The notes beneath the pieces are model-generated. The model was not told the DNA's origin. It did not search any database and saw only the letters and a list, made by a program, of their open reading frames with translations. Both the position numbers and the translations under genes were made by a program. A stretch of DNA of 64,000 nt. Origin: an uncultured Actinomycetes bacterium (GTDB taxonomy: Bacteria > Actinomycetota > UBA4738 > HRBIN12). Shown one piece after another: positions 1 through 9,802 of the stretch (positions are counted from its first letter, which is position 1; each line of letters opens with the position of its first letter). Location: contig CAVPIB010000001.1 of assembly GCA_963704885.1 (NCBI GenBank), positions 704,001 to 768,000 on the forward strand, in the 5' to 3' direction.

Positions 1-341
1 TCGCCAGACTGTCCGCGGAGCTTCCGACGCCAGTTCTGGGCGATCGTCGCGACGACCAGGATCGTGATGATCGGACCGGTCACGAGTCCCATAGCGACCG
101 CGTCCCGCAGTTCCATCAGCCAGAAGCCGTTCGGCCCCGACCCGTTCCACTTGAGCTGCTGGTCGGCGAAGTAGAGCCACCACGATGGGATAACGGACGT
201 GGTGATCATGATGAAGAACGTGAGTCCCAGGGAGAAGACGACCGCCTTCGTCCAGTTCCACTCGAAGGTCTTCAGCAGCGCCTCTACGCGCGCCTTCGGC
301 TTGGCCAGACGCGACGGCTTCACGACCTCCACCTGGCTCAT
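1..341 (-). CDS. Hypothetical membrane protein, truncated by the window edge
   Basis: Not in the ORF track. Reverse-strand ATG at 341 with GGAG upstream, open to position 1: MSQVEVVKPSRLAKPKARVEALLKTFEWNWTKAVVFSLGLTFFIMITTSVIPSWWLYFADQQ..., two hydrophobic segments; divergent from ccdA. Confidence 0.7.
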   Translation of the reverse strand, partial: MSQVEVVKPSRLAKPKARVEALLKTFEWNWTKAVVFSLGLTFFIMITTSVIPSWWLYFADQQLKWNGSGPNGFWLMELRDAVAMGLVTGPIITILVVATIAQNWRRKLRGQSG

Positions 342-410
342 GCCTGCATCGTCTCCATAGGCGGGGCGATTATAGCCATGCGCGGTTGGGCCGGATCGTG
401 TGGACAGCTC

Positions 411-428
411 TTGTGAATCCTTTCACGA
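411..428. promoter_or_regulatory. Rex-like operator
   Basis: TTGTGAA-TCCT-TTCACGA, one mismatch to the Rex consensus TTGTGAA-N4-TTCACAA, in the divergent intergenic region. Confidence 0.8.
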
Positions 429-537
429 GACACCACTATGCCGTCCTCCCACGGTCGTCGCAACCCACCGAGGCCACCTCTCGCCCGGACGAGGGCTGTC
501 CGTACACTGGTAGCCCTAGCCGCCATCCGAGAGGTCG

Positions 538-1266
538 ATGATCGCCGACATCGTGCAGACGGGTCTCGCGTCGTGGTGGGCGCCCGCGCTCGCGTTCGCT
601 GCGGGGATAGTGTCGTTCGCCTCGCCGTGCGTCTTCCCGCTGGTGCCGGGGTATATCTCATTCGTCACGGGGGAGCGCGCCATCGATGGCGAGTCGCGCC
701 GACCGCTCGTCCCCATCCTGCTGTTCATAGCTGGCTTCACGCTGGTGTTCACGCTCATGGGTGCGTTCGCCGACACGTTCGTGAGGATCTTCAGAGCCGA
801 GACGGGTCAGAAGATCGCCGGAGTCGTGGTCGTAGCGATGGGTGTCCTGACGATCGTGTTCGCGATGCGGCGCGGGGGTCCCGCGCTCTACACGGAGCGC
901 AGGCCGTTCCTGACGAAGGTGCGACCCGGAACCGTGGGGGCCATGCCTCTAGGTATGGCGTTCGCGGCGGGGTGGACGCCCTGCCTCGGCCCGGTCCTGA
1001 CCGGCATCCTGGCGATCGCGACCATCCAGAGCTCGGTCCAGGGGGTCCTGCTGCTCGTGGCGTACTCGCTCGGCCTGGGGGTGCCGTTCCTGTTGGTCGG
1101 GCTCGGCGTGCAGCGGTTCGTGGGCGCGTTCGGGTGGGTGAAGCGCAACTACGCGTGGATCGCGGGTGCGTCGGGAGCGCTCCTCGTCGTGGTCGGCGTG
1201 ATGCTCATGACGGGGACCTTCACGCGACTGTTCGCGCCGCTCAGCCGGTTCGCACCCGGGCTGTGA
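538..1266 (+). CDS. ccdA: Cytochrome c biogenesis protein CcdA
   Basis: SFASPCVFPLVPGY and GWTPCLGP motifs; about 6 TM segments. Confidence 0.93.
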   Translation: MIADIVQTGLASWWAPALAFAAGIVSFASPCVFPLVPGYISFVTGERAIDGESRRPLVPILLFIAGFTLVFTLMGAFADTFVRIFRAETGQKIAGVVVVAMGVLTIVFAMRRGGPALYTERRPFLTKVRPGTVGAMPLGMAFAAGWTPCLGPVLTGILAIATIQSSVQGVLLLVAYSLGLGVPFLLVGLGVQRFVGAFGWVKRNYAWIAGASGALLVVVGVMLMTGTFTRLFAPLSRFAPGL

Positions 1267-1320
1267 ACGCCGCGCGGCCGTGCCCGTTCCTGCGTCGACC
1301 GTAGGATAGAGCGACTCTCG

Positions 1321-2895
1321 ATGCCCTCCAGCCGCGTGACCCTCCGGCAATCCAGCGCCCTGGTCTGGCGGACCCTGCGGTCCATGCGGACGGCGCTGAT
1401 CCTGCTGCTCATGTTGGCGCTCGCTTCGGTGGTCGGCTCGCTCGTACCCCAGTTGCCGAACTCCCCAGAACGGGTCGCCCGTTACCAGCTGGATCATCCA
1501 CTGTTGGGCGCCGCGTATGGGCGTCTAGGCCTGTTCGACGTCTACGGGTCGTGGTGGTTCGTCTTGATCACGACCCTGCTGTTCGTCTCGTTGGTGGCCT
1601 GTCTGCTGCCCCGCACGCGCGCGTTGATCCGCACGCTCCGACAGCGACCGGTGCAGGCCCGAGAGATCGACGGGTTCCGCCTCTACCAGGAGCGTTCGGT
1701 GCCGGCGGATCCCGCCCGAGCGATCGACGGTTCGCATCGCGTGTTGAGGCGGCGGTTCTTCCGCGTGGCGCGCGACGGCGACGGTCGCCAGGCTCTCGCC
1801 GCCGAGAAGGGCTCTCTCCGCGAGATCGGCAGCCTGCTCTTCCATTGGGCGTTCCTGTTGATCGTCGTCGGTGTCATCTACGGGAAGGGGACCGGGTTCA
1901 CCGGACGCGCGGTCGTGATCGAAGGGAGGACGTGGATAGATGCCCAGGCGAACTACGACGGCCAGATCCGCACGGGCCGCTTCTTCCAGGGCGACTTCAC
2001 CGGTATCGGGATCCATCTGCGTGGCTTCGAGGACACATATCGACGTACGGGCCAACCGATGGACTTCGTGTCCCACGTCGACCTGCTGGACCCCCAAGGG
2101 AACCTGGTACGGAAGGCCGACATCCGTGTCAACCATCCCGCCTCGATAGACGGTGTTGAGATCTATCAGTACGGATTCGGATGGGCGCCGGTCGTGGAGG
2201 TCCGCCGGGACGGCGAGCTGATCGCGGCCGAGCCCCTCACTTTCGTGCAGGATACGGCGCCGGCGGGTGTCCCCCAGCTGGCGATGCCTTGGTACGGGGT
2301 GCTGAAGCTCGCATCGCTCGACCCGCAGATCGGTATCCAGCTCGAGCTTTGGCCCGACAGCCGCGCGTTCGTGCAGCAACTGCAGACCGGGCAACCGGTA
2401 CCTATGATCCAGGCGTTCCAGCCGTTCATGCGATTCGCGGTGTTCCGGGGCCAGCTCAGGGATCTGTCCTCGCTGACGCTTGACACGAGCGTGATGGACG
2501 CGGGGACGCGCGGGATCGTCGGCGCCGGAACCACGGTCGACCTGCGGTCCGGCGAGCCCGTCGAGGGCGACCAGGCACCCACAGGCCTGACGATCTCGTT
2601 CCCCGAGCTGCGGCAGTACAGCGTCCTGCAGGTGAGCCGGGATCGAGGGGTGCCCCTGGTGCTCGTTGCCGCTATCCTCGTCCTTCTCGGCCTGCTGCCG
2701 GCGCTGTACACGTCTCGGCGCAAGGTCTGGGTCCGGGCAGAGCCGAACGGGAGCGGCACCGTCTTGAAGGTTGGAGGTTTCGCGCTGCAGCGAAAGGCTC
2801 AGTTCGAGGAGGAGTTCGCGAAGCTGGTGGACGCCATGGCGCTTGCCGCGGATGCCCCCGCCGCGAAGGAGGGAGAACGGGTGAACTCGCGATGA
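1321..2895 (+). CDS. resB: Cytochrome c biogenesis protein ResB/Ccs1
   Basis: LRSMRTALILLLMLALASVVGSLVPQ, DVYGSWWF, SLLFH and IRVNHP motifs. Confidence 0.92.
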   Translation: MPSSRVTLRQSSALVWRTLRSMRTALILLLMLALASVVGSLVPQLPNSPERVARYQLDHPLLGAAYGRLGLFDVYGSWWFVLITTLLFVSLVACLLPRTRALIRTLRQRPVQAREIDGFRLYQERSVPADPARAIDGSHRVLRRRFFRVARDGDGRQALAAEKGSLREIGSLLFHWAFLLIVVGVIYGKGTGFTGRAVVIEGRTWIDAQANYDGQIRTGRFFQGDFTGIGIHLRGFEDTYRRTGQPMDFVSHVDLLDPQGNLVRKADIRVNHPASIDGVEIYQYGFGWAPVVEVRRDGELIAAEPLTFVQDTAPAGVPQLAMPWYGVLKLASLDPQIGIQLELWPDSRAFVQQLQTGQPVPMIQAFQPFMRFAVFRGQLRDLSSLTLDTSVMDAGTRGIVGAGTTVDLRSGEPVEGDQAPTGLTISFPELRQYSVLQVSRDRGVPLVLVAAILVLLGLLPALYTSRRKVWVRAEPNGSGTVLKVGGFALQRKAQFEEEFAKLVDAMALAADAPAAKEGERVNSR

Positions 2896-3848
2896 CCGAT
2901 CTGCAGTGGGGGCGGCTGTCCAACGACGCGTTCAACGTGGCGTTGTTCGCCTACGTCGCGGCGATGGTGGGGTACTTCGCCTTCCTTGCGTTCCGTCGCG
3001 ACCCCATCTGGTTGCTCTCACGGACCGTCGCGTACGTGGGCCTGGGTGCGAACATCGTTGCGGTGGTCGCGCGTGCGTTCGCGGCCAACCGGGTCCCGTG
3101 GGGCAACATGTACGAGTACTCGATCCTGCTGGCGTTGCTGGTGGTGGCCGGGTACCTGCTGATCGTGGAGGGGCACTATAAGGTCAGGACGCTCGGCGGG
3201 TTCGCGCTCATGTTCGCGGTGTTCACCATGGCCGTCGCGGTCTCGTTCTTGTATGTGGAGCCGCTGCCCCTGGTGCCGGCTCTCAACTCCTACTGGATCA
3301 AGATCCACGTCGTGGCCGCGATCTCCGGCTCGTCGCTCTTCGCACTGGGCGGGGGTGTGCTCACCATGCTGTTCCTGTTCCAGGATCGACGGGAACGACG
3401 GCAGCTCGCCGCGTTCCGATCTCAGGACCCGCCACCGATCATGGGGGGCTCCGTGGACGCGGACGCCCCGCCGGGGTTCGCGCCCGACGCCGAGGAGCCG
3501 GCGGCCGTGCCCGGCGACCGGCGTGGGTTCTTGCCGGTGGCGGCCGCGCTCGACGTGATGGCTTACCGGGTCATAGCCTTCGCGTTCCCGATCTGGACCT
3601 TCGCGGTGATCGCAGGCGCCATCTGGGCGCAGGAAGCGTGGGGTCGCTACTGGGGGTGGGATCCCAAGGAGACCTGGTCGTTCGTCACCTGGGTGATCTA
3701 TGCGGGGTACCTTCACGCTCGCTCGACGTCGGGCTGGAAGGGTCGCCCGGCTGCCGTCGTGGCGCTCGTGGGCTTCGTCTCGCTGTTGATCACCTACTAC
3801 GCGGTGAACCTATGGATCGTCGGTCTGCACTCGTACAAGGGCTTCTAG
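2892..3848 (+). CDS. ccsB: Cytochrome c synthase, system II (CcsB/ResC)
   Basis: PWGNMYE, WWD motif WGRYWGWDPKETW, YLHAR and GLHSY. Confidence 0.95.
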   Translation: MTDLQWGRLSNDAFNVALFAYVAAMVGYFAFLAFRRDPIWLLSRTVAYVGLGANIVAVVARAFAANRVPWGNMYEYSILLALLVVAGYLLIVEGHYKVRTLGGFALMFAVFTMAVAVSFLYVEPLPLVPALNSYWIKIHVVAAISGSSLFALGGGVLTMLFLFQDRRERRQLAAFRSQDPPPIMGGSVDADAPPGFAPDAEEPAAVPGDRRGFLPVAAALDVMAYRVIAFAFPIWTFAVIAGAIWAQEAWGRYWGWDPKETWSFVTWVIYAGYLHARSTSGWKGRPAAVVALVGFVSLLITYYAVNLWIVGLHSYKGF

Positions 3849-3854
3849 TGGTAG

Positions 3855-5045
3855 GTGAAAAGGCTGTCATCTGAAGGGTGGTACAGTGCGCGCGCCTCGG
3901 CGCCCGCGACGGCGTCGGTCCGACCGCACCGGGGAGGCTCTGGGAACTTGCGGAAGCGGCTGCTCTGGGTCTTGGGCCCACTGGCCCTCGGGCTGTTGCT
4001 CGCATCCTGCGCCCCGAACGCCGGTCAGGATTCGCTGAAGCCCGAGGGTCCGTACGCCCAGACCATCTACGATCTCTTCGTCCCCATCTTCTGGGTCGCG
4101 GCGGCGGTGTTCGTGATAGTGGAGGGCGGCATCGTCCTCATCCTGATCAAGTATCGCCATCGCAAGAACCGCGACCAGATGCCGGCGCAGTCCCACGGCA
4201 ACACGCGTCTGGAGATCGGCTGGACCATCTTGCCCGCGGTCGTGCTGGCGTTCGTCACCGTTCCGACGGTGGCTACCATCTGGGATCTGGCGAAACCGCC
4301 ACCGCCGGATGCCCTCCATGTCACGGTAGAGGGTCACCAGTGGTGGTGGGGATTCCGCTACACCGATCCCGACATGACCACCGCTTTCGGCGAGAGCGAT
4401 CCGATCGTGGTCGGCGATGTGATGGTGATCCCCACCGGCCGAACCGTCTACCTCGACCTTTCGGCCGTGGCCGCCGGTGCCAAGGACGACGCGGGCGTGC
4501 CCGACTACGCCGTGATCCATTCTTTCTGGGTGCCGCAGCTGGCGGGCAAGCAGGACGTGGTGCCGGGTCGGACGAACCACATCTTGCTCCAGGCCGACCA
4601 GCCCGGGACCTACTACGGACAGTGCGCCGAGTTCTGCGGGCTACAGCACGGCCGGATGAAGTTCCGAGTGCTCGCGCTCTCGCCGAGCGATTTCGAAGCC
4701 TGGGTCGCGAACGAGAAGCAACCTGCGGTCACGCCGCAGGAAGCGCTGGCGCGCCAGGGCGCCGATCTGTTCGCCAACGGCGTGGGCAGTGGCGGGCAGT
4801 GCATCGCATGTCATGCGATCGGTGGCTTGAACGCAGGGGTCGACGCCGGGCCGAACCTCACCCACTACGCCGCCGAGTCCCATTCCTGCTTCGCCGGGTG
4901 CAACTGGGACACCCGCGACATCGACGCGCTGAAGGCCTGGCTCCGCGACCCGGGCGCGGTGAAGCTAGGAGCGAAGATGCCCAACTACGACCTGACCGAG
5001 CCCGAGATCGACGCTCTCGCCGCCTACCTGATGAGCCTGACATGA
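3855..5045 (+). CDS. ctaC: Cytochrome c oxidase subunit II with C-terminal cytochrome c domain (caa3 type); start uncertain
   Basis: Lipobox LLASC, GHQWWW, CuA ligands IHSFWVP...CAEFCGLQHGRM, heme c motif CIACH with distal KMP. Confidence 0.93.
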   Translation: MKRLSSEGWYSARASAPATASVRPHRGGSGNLRKRLLWVLGPLALGLLLASCAPNAGQDSLKPEGPYAQTIYDLFVPIFWVAAAVFVIVEGGIVLILIKYRHRKNRDQMPAQSHGNTRLEIGWTILPAVVLAFVTVPTVATIWDLAKPPPPDALHVTVEGHQWWWGFRYTDPDMTTAFGESDPIVVGDVMVIPTGRTVYLDLSAVAAGAKDDAGVPDYAVIHSFWVPQLAGKQDVVPGRTNHILLQADQPGTYYGQCAEFCGLQHGRMKFRVLALSPSDFEAWVANEKQPAVTPQEALARQGADLFANGVGSGGQCIACHAIGGLNAGVDAGPNLTHYAAESHSCFAGCNWDTRDIDALKAWLRDPGAVKLGAKMPNYDLTEPEIDALAAYLMSLT

Positions 5046-5049
5046 GGAG

Positions 5050-6949
5050 GTGGGTCGGACGGCGAGCGTGAGCGTTCCCGCGGGCAGGGCTCGGGGCGTC
5101 CGGCGGCCTGCCGCGTTGACGGGGTTCTGGAGTTGGTTCACCACCGTGGACCACAAGAAGATCGGGATCCTGTACGGCGTCACGGCGTTCGTGTTCTTGA
5201 TCATCGGTGGGTCCGAGGCGCTGCTTATCCGCGCACAGCTGGCTCGCCCGGATCAAACCCTGCTGAATGCCGATCAGTACAACCAGCTCTTCACGATGCA
5301 CGGCATAACCATGGTGTTCCTGGTAGTGATGCCGATGTCGGCGGCGTTCTTCAACTACTTCATCCCCCTGATGATCGGGGCGCGCGACGTGGCGTTCCCT
5401 CGGTTGAACGCGTTCAGTTTCTGGGTCTTCTTACTGGCGGGACTGTTCCTCTACTCGAGCTTCTTCTTGGGCGGCGCCCCCAACGGCGGCTGGTTCGGAT
5501 ACGCACCGAACTCCACGACTGACCCCGAGATAGGAATGACTTTCTACGCGATCGGTCTGTTGATCGCCGGCATCGCGTCCACGGCGGGTGCGGTGAACCT
5601 GGGCGTCACGGTGATCAACATGCGCGCTCCGGGGATGTCTTTCTTCCGCGTGCCCGTGTTCGTCTGGATGGGGCTGGTCGTCCAGCTGCTGTTGGTGTTC
5701 TCGCTGCCTATCATCACCGTCGGCCTGTTCGAGCTGTTGTTCGACCGCAGGTGGGGGACGCACTTCTTCGATCCGACCGCGGGCGGCGACCCGATCCTTT
5801 GGCAGCACCTGTTCTGGCTCTTCGGCCACCCGGAGGTCTACATCCTGATCCTGCCCGCGTTCGGGATCATCTCCGAGACGATCCCCGTCTTCAGCCGCAA
5901 GCCGCTGTTCGGCTACCAGTTCGTGGTCTTCTCGGGCATCGCGATCGGGTTCATCGGCTTCGGCGTGTGGGCGCACCACATGTTCGCCGCGGGACTGGGT
6001 CCGGTGGCGAACACGGCGTTCGGCATCTCCACGGCGATCATCGCCATCCCGACCGGGGTGAAGATCTTCAACTGGATGGCCACCATGTATGGAGGTGACC
6101 TGCGATTCAAGACACCCATGCTGTTCTCGGTAGGGCACGGTGACCATGTTCGTGATCGGGGGTCTTATCCGGCGTGACGCACGCGATCGTGCCTGCCGAC
6201 TACCAGCAGACCGACACCTACTACATCGTGGCGCACTTCCACTACGTTCTGTTCGGCGGCGCCATCTTCGGTCTCTTCGCAGGTATGTACTACTGGTGGC
6301 CGAAAGTGTTCGGCCGTCTCCTCTCCGAGGGCATGGGCAAGGTCCACTTCTGGTTGATGATCGTGGGTTTCAACCTGACGTTCGGACCTATGCACGTCCT
6401 CGGCTTACAGGGCATGATCCGCCGCGAATACACGTACCCGGAGTCGCTTGGACTCACGTTCTGGAACGAGATCGCTACTCTCGGGTCGTTCATGATCGCG
6501 CTCGCGATCTTGGTGTTCATCGTTAACGTGGTCCGCACCCAGCGCAAGGCACCCGGGCTAGAGAACGACGACCCGTGGGACGCCCGCACGGTCGAGTGGA
6601 TGACCTCGTCTCCGCCTGCGGTCCACAACTTCGATGAGATCCCCGAGATCCACTCCTTGGACGAGTTCTGGCACCGCAAGTACGCCGAGGACAAGAGCGG
6701 ACGGCTGGTGCCGGTGGTGGCTGGAGCGGCGCCAGAGCAGGAGGCCGGCCACGAGCAGGGGGCCACGAGCAGGGGTCAGGACATGCGATCCACCTGCCCA
6801 GCCCCTCCTACTGGCCATTGGTGGCGTCGTTCGGCTTGCCGCTCATGGGATACGGCGTCATCTACTCCTGGTGGCTGGTAGCTGCGGGTGCAGTGACCCT
6901 GTTGGTCGGCCTCTACGGCTGGGCCCTCGAGCCCTCGGTGGCGGAGTAG
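5050..6949 (+). CDS. ctaD: Cytochrome c oxidase subunit I (A1 type), frame broken by three indels (about 6136, 6167, 6760)
   Basis: VDHKKIG, FTMHG, WLFGHPEVY and VWAHHMF in the first frame; VTMFVIGGL in a second; YYIVAHFHYV in a third; terminal HAIHLPSPSYWP...LEPSVAE* ends at TAG 6947-6949. Confidence 0.88.
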
Positions 6950-6952
6950 CCG

Positions 6953-7570
6953 ATGGCCGACGCCGCGGTCGCCAAGGTGCACGACGAGCATCAGACCACC
7001 ACAGGCTTGCCGCACACCAAGCTCGCCATGTGGCTCTTCTTGTCCTCGGAGTGCTTGCTCTTCGGGGCGTTGATCACCACCTATGTGCTCTATCGCGGAG
7101 CGAGCACCGAGGGGCCGTATCCGGCCGAGGTCTTCGACATCGCGTACACGTCGGTTTCGTCGTTCGTCCTGCTCGCCAGCTCACTCACCATGGTGCTGGC
7201 GCTCGCGGCGGCTCAGAAGCGGGACTTCACTCGGATGCGACTGTGGCTGCTCGCGACCGCGATGCTCGGACTGACCTTCGTGGGCGGCCAGGTCTACGAA
7301 TTCACCGTCTTCTACGACGAAGGTCTGTCCATCACCCAGAATCTGTTCGGCACCACGTTCTTCGTGCTCACCGGGTTCCACGGCGTGCACGTGACCGTTG
7401 GGATCCTGATGTTGCTTTCACTGACGGGGTTGTCCTTCGCCGACCGTCTGCCAGCGGATCCGGCGTTCCCCGTGGAGATGGTCGGTCTGTACTGGCACTT
7501 CGTTGACATCGTGTGGATCATCATCTTCACGGTGGTGTACCTGATCCCCACCGGCCCGGTGCCCGAGTAG
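6953..7570 (+). CDS. ctaE: Cytochrome c oxidase subunit III (short 5-TM form)
   Basis: MWLFLSSE, LTGFHGVHV, GLYWHFVDIVW. Confidence 0.94.
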   Translation: MADAAVAKVHDEHQTTTGLPHTKLAMWLFLSSECLLFGALITTYVLYRGASTEGPYPAEVFDIAYTSVSSFVLLASSLTMVLALAAAQKRDFTRMRLWLLATAMLGLTFVGGQVYEFTVFYDEGLSITQNLFGTTFFVLTGFHGVHVTVGILMLLSLTGLSFADRLPADPAFPVEMVGLYWHFVDIVWIIIFTVVYLIPTGPVPE

Positions 7571-7576
7571 GAAGAC

Positions 7577-7930
7577 ATGGCGGATATGCAGACGGATCGC
7601 ACCACGACCGAGATCGAGGAGATGCACGAGGAAGGGACACACGCGCACGGCCGACACCCGAGCGCGAAGGAATACGTGCGGATCTTCCTCATCCTCTGCG
7701 CGGTGACAGCTGTGGAGGTCGCGCTCTACTACGTGCGAGACGAGCTGGGCTCCGTGTTCATCCCGATGCTGTTCGGTTTCGCCTTCCTGAAGTTCGCGCT
7801 CGTCGTGCTCTGGTTCATGCATCTGAAGTTCGACGACCGGAGGTACGCGCGCTTCTTCGTGATGGGACTGGCCGGCGCCGCCACGCTCTACCTCATCGTC
7901 CTCATCACCTTCGGGGTCTTCGCGACGTGA
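7577..7930 (+). CDS. Cytochrome c oxidase subunit IV family protein
   Basis: 3 TM segments, KFALVVLWFMHLKFD motif, follows subunit III. Confidence 0.88.
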   Translation: MADMQTDRTTTEIEEMHEEGTHAHGRHPSAKEYVRIFLILCAVTAVEVALYYVRDELGSVFIPMLFGFAFLKFALVVLWFMHLKFDDRRYARFFVMGLAGAATLYLIVLITFGVFAT

Positions 7931-7934
7931 GGCT

Positions 7935-8765
7935 ATGACGCTTCCCGACTGGCACCCGCATCTGGACGTCTGGCTCCTGCTCGCCTCGATCGTCCTCGCC
8001 TACGTGATCGCCGGGCGGCGACACGCGATCGACACGGGCGAGCAGGTCGACGTTCGCCGACGGACGTTCTTCCTGACCGGGATGGCCGTTCTCTGGCTGG
8101 GCGCGGACTGGCCGATCCACGACCTGGGGGAGAGCTACCTGTACCACTTGCATATGGTCCAGCATCTGCTGTTCACGCTGGTGGCGCCTCCTCTCCTGAT
8201 CGCGGGCATGCCGCCCTGGTTGCTCCGCAAGCTCCTTCGCGCGCGCTTCGTCTCGTCGGTCTTCCGTGTGCTTTCCAAGCCCCTGGTCGCTCTGATCCTG
8301 TTCAATGGTGCCCTTCTCTTCGTGCACTGGCCGGCGGTCGTGCTCGCCTCCGTCACCTCAGAGTGGACCCACTTCGGCTTGCACGTCCTGTTGACCTCGA
8401 CCGCGCTGCTGATGTGGTGGCCGGTGATGTCGCCGCTCCCCGAGTATCCGGCGCTACCGGCGCCGGGCCAGATGCTGTATCTGTTCCTGCAGTCCCTGGC
8501 GCCCACGATCCCGGCTTCGTTCCTGACGTTCGGTGACCACGCCTTGTATCCCGTGTATGCGACGTTCCCGCGGATCTGGGGGGTAGGCGTTCTGACCGAC
8601 CAGCTGATGGCGGGGCTCATCATGAAGTTGATCGGCGGTGCGATCTTCTGGGTGTTCATCGCCGTGATCTTCTTCCGCTGGTACAGGTTGGAGGAACGTG
8701 AGGGGTGGGACGCTTCCCGCTACCGCGACGTCGAGCGAGAGATCCAGGTAGAGATGAGCCGATGA
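7935..8765 (+). CDS. ctaG: caa3 oxidase assembly factor (Caa3_CtaG family)
   Basis: HMVQHLLFTLVAPPLL, HW, WWPV and DQLMAGLIMK motifs. Confidence 0.88.
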   Translation: MTLPDWHPHLDVWLLLASIVLAYVIAGRRHAIDTGEQVDVRRRTFFLTGMAVLWLGADWPIHDLGESYLYHLHMVQHLLFTLVAPPLLIAGMPPWLLRKLLRARFVSSVFRVLSKPLVALILFNGALLFVHWPAVVLASVTSEWTHFGLHVLLTSTALLMWWPVMSPLPEYPALPAPGQMLYLFLQSLAPTIPASFLTFGDHALYPVYATFPRIWGVGVLTDQLMAGLIMKLIGGAIFWVFIAVIFFRWYRLEEREGWDASRYRDVEREIQVEMSR

Positions 8766-9778
8766 CGGATCAGGTCACGGAAAGCCCCCCCCCGGCGCCC
8801 GAGCGACACGGACAGGCCCGTCAGAGCCTGGTGCTACCGGTCGTGCTGCCGATCGCGATCATGCTGATCATCGGGTTGGTGCTGCTCGGCTTCTCCCGGG
8901 TGCTGCTGTCGGTGTCGGCCGGCGCCGCCACGGCAGTGGCGCTGGTCGTGGCGGTCTCGATCATGGTGGTCGCGATCATCGCCGCGTCGCGTTCGCGGCT
9001 GTCGAACGGCTCGCTGTTCTCCATGGTCGGCGCGGTGGCGGGCATCGCGATGCTGACCGGAGGCGTGGCGATCGTGGCGATCGGGACAGGGGAAGAGGGC
9101 CCAGGCTCCGAGTCCCAGCAGGTCTCGATCGCGGCACCGGAGGGGGCGGCGGCGAGCGGGTTCGCGCCGACCACGCTGCAGGTGGAGGCCGATCGGCCGA
9201 CCGCCCTTGAATTCGACAATCAGGATCCCGGCGTGCAGCACAACGTGGAGATCTTCGAAGAGGATCCGGCGGAGGACCCGCAGTCGACGCCGTTGTTCAG
9301 CGGAACCATCATCGCGGGGCCGTTGTCGACCACCTACGAGGTGCCGCCGCTCGCTGCCGGGGCGTACTTCTTCCGTTGCCAGATCCACCCGTCGACCATG
9401 AGGGGCACTCTCGACTCGGGAGAGGCCGGGGGAGGCATCTCGGTCGTCGCGGAGGCGTTGCAGTTCGATACGACGGAACTGGACCTGCCCGCAGCGCAGC
9501 CCGTGACGATCTCGTTCGAGAACAAGGACGCCGCCATCCCGCACAACATCGCGATCTACACCGACGACACGGCATCGACCCCTCTGTTCCAGGGTGAGCT
9601 GTTCCCCGGCATCGCCACACAGACCTACAACATCGAACCTCTCGAGGTGGGGGAGTACTACTTCCAGTGCGACGTGCACCCCACCATGAACGGGACCGTG
9701 GTGGTCTCGGCGGGTGACGCAGGGGGCGGACAGGGTGAGGGGTCGTCCGGCGGCTCGAGCGAGTCGCCCTCGGGCTGA
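8762..9778 (+). CDS. Membrane-anchored protein with two cupredoxin domains
   Basis: ATG 8762 overlaps the ctaG stop; three N-terminal hydrophobic helices; QHNV...FRCQIHPSTM and PHNI...FQCDVHPTM. Confidence 0.85.
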   Translation: MTDQVTESPPPAPERHGQARQSLVLPVVLPIAIMLIIGLVLLGFSRVLLSVSAGAATAVALVVAVSIMVVAIIAASRSRLSNGSLFSMVGAVAGIAMLTGGVAIVAIGTGEEGPGSESQQVSIAAPEGAAASGFAPTTLQVEADRPTALEFDNQDPGVQHNVEIFEEDPAEDPQSTPLFSGTIIAGPLSTTYEVPPLAAGAYFFRCQIHPSTMRGTLDSGEAGGGISVVAEALQFDTTELDLPAAQPVTISFENKDAAIPHNIAIYTDDTASTPLFQGELFPGIATQTYNIEPLEVGEYYFQCDVHPTMNGTVVVSAGDAGGGQGEGSSGGSSESPSG

Positions 9779-9802
9779 GTCGTTCGCGACGCCCCTGTTA
9801 GC

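Noticed and set aside
6120-6180. Programmed frameshifting or a naturally split ctaD
   Set aside because: No slippery heptamer seen, the breaks fall inside a conserved TM helix, and multiple shifts would be needed; error is simpler.
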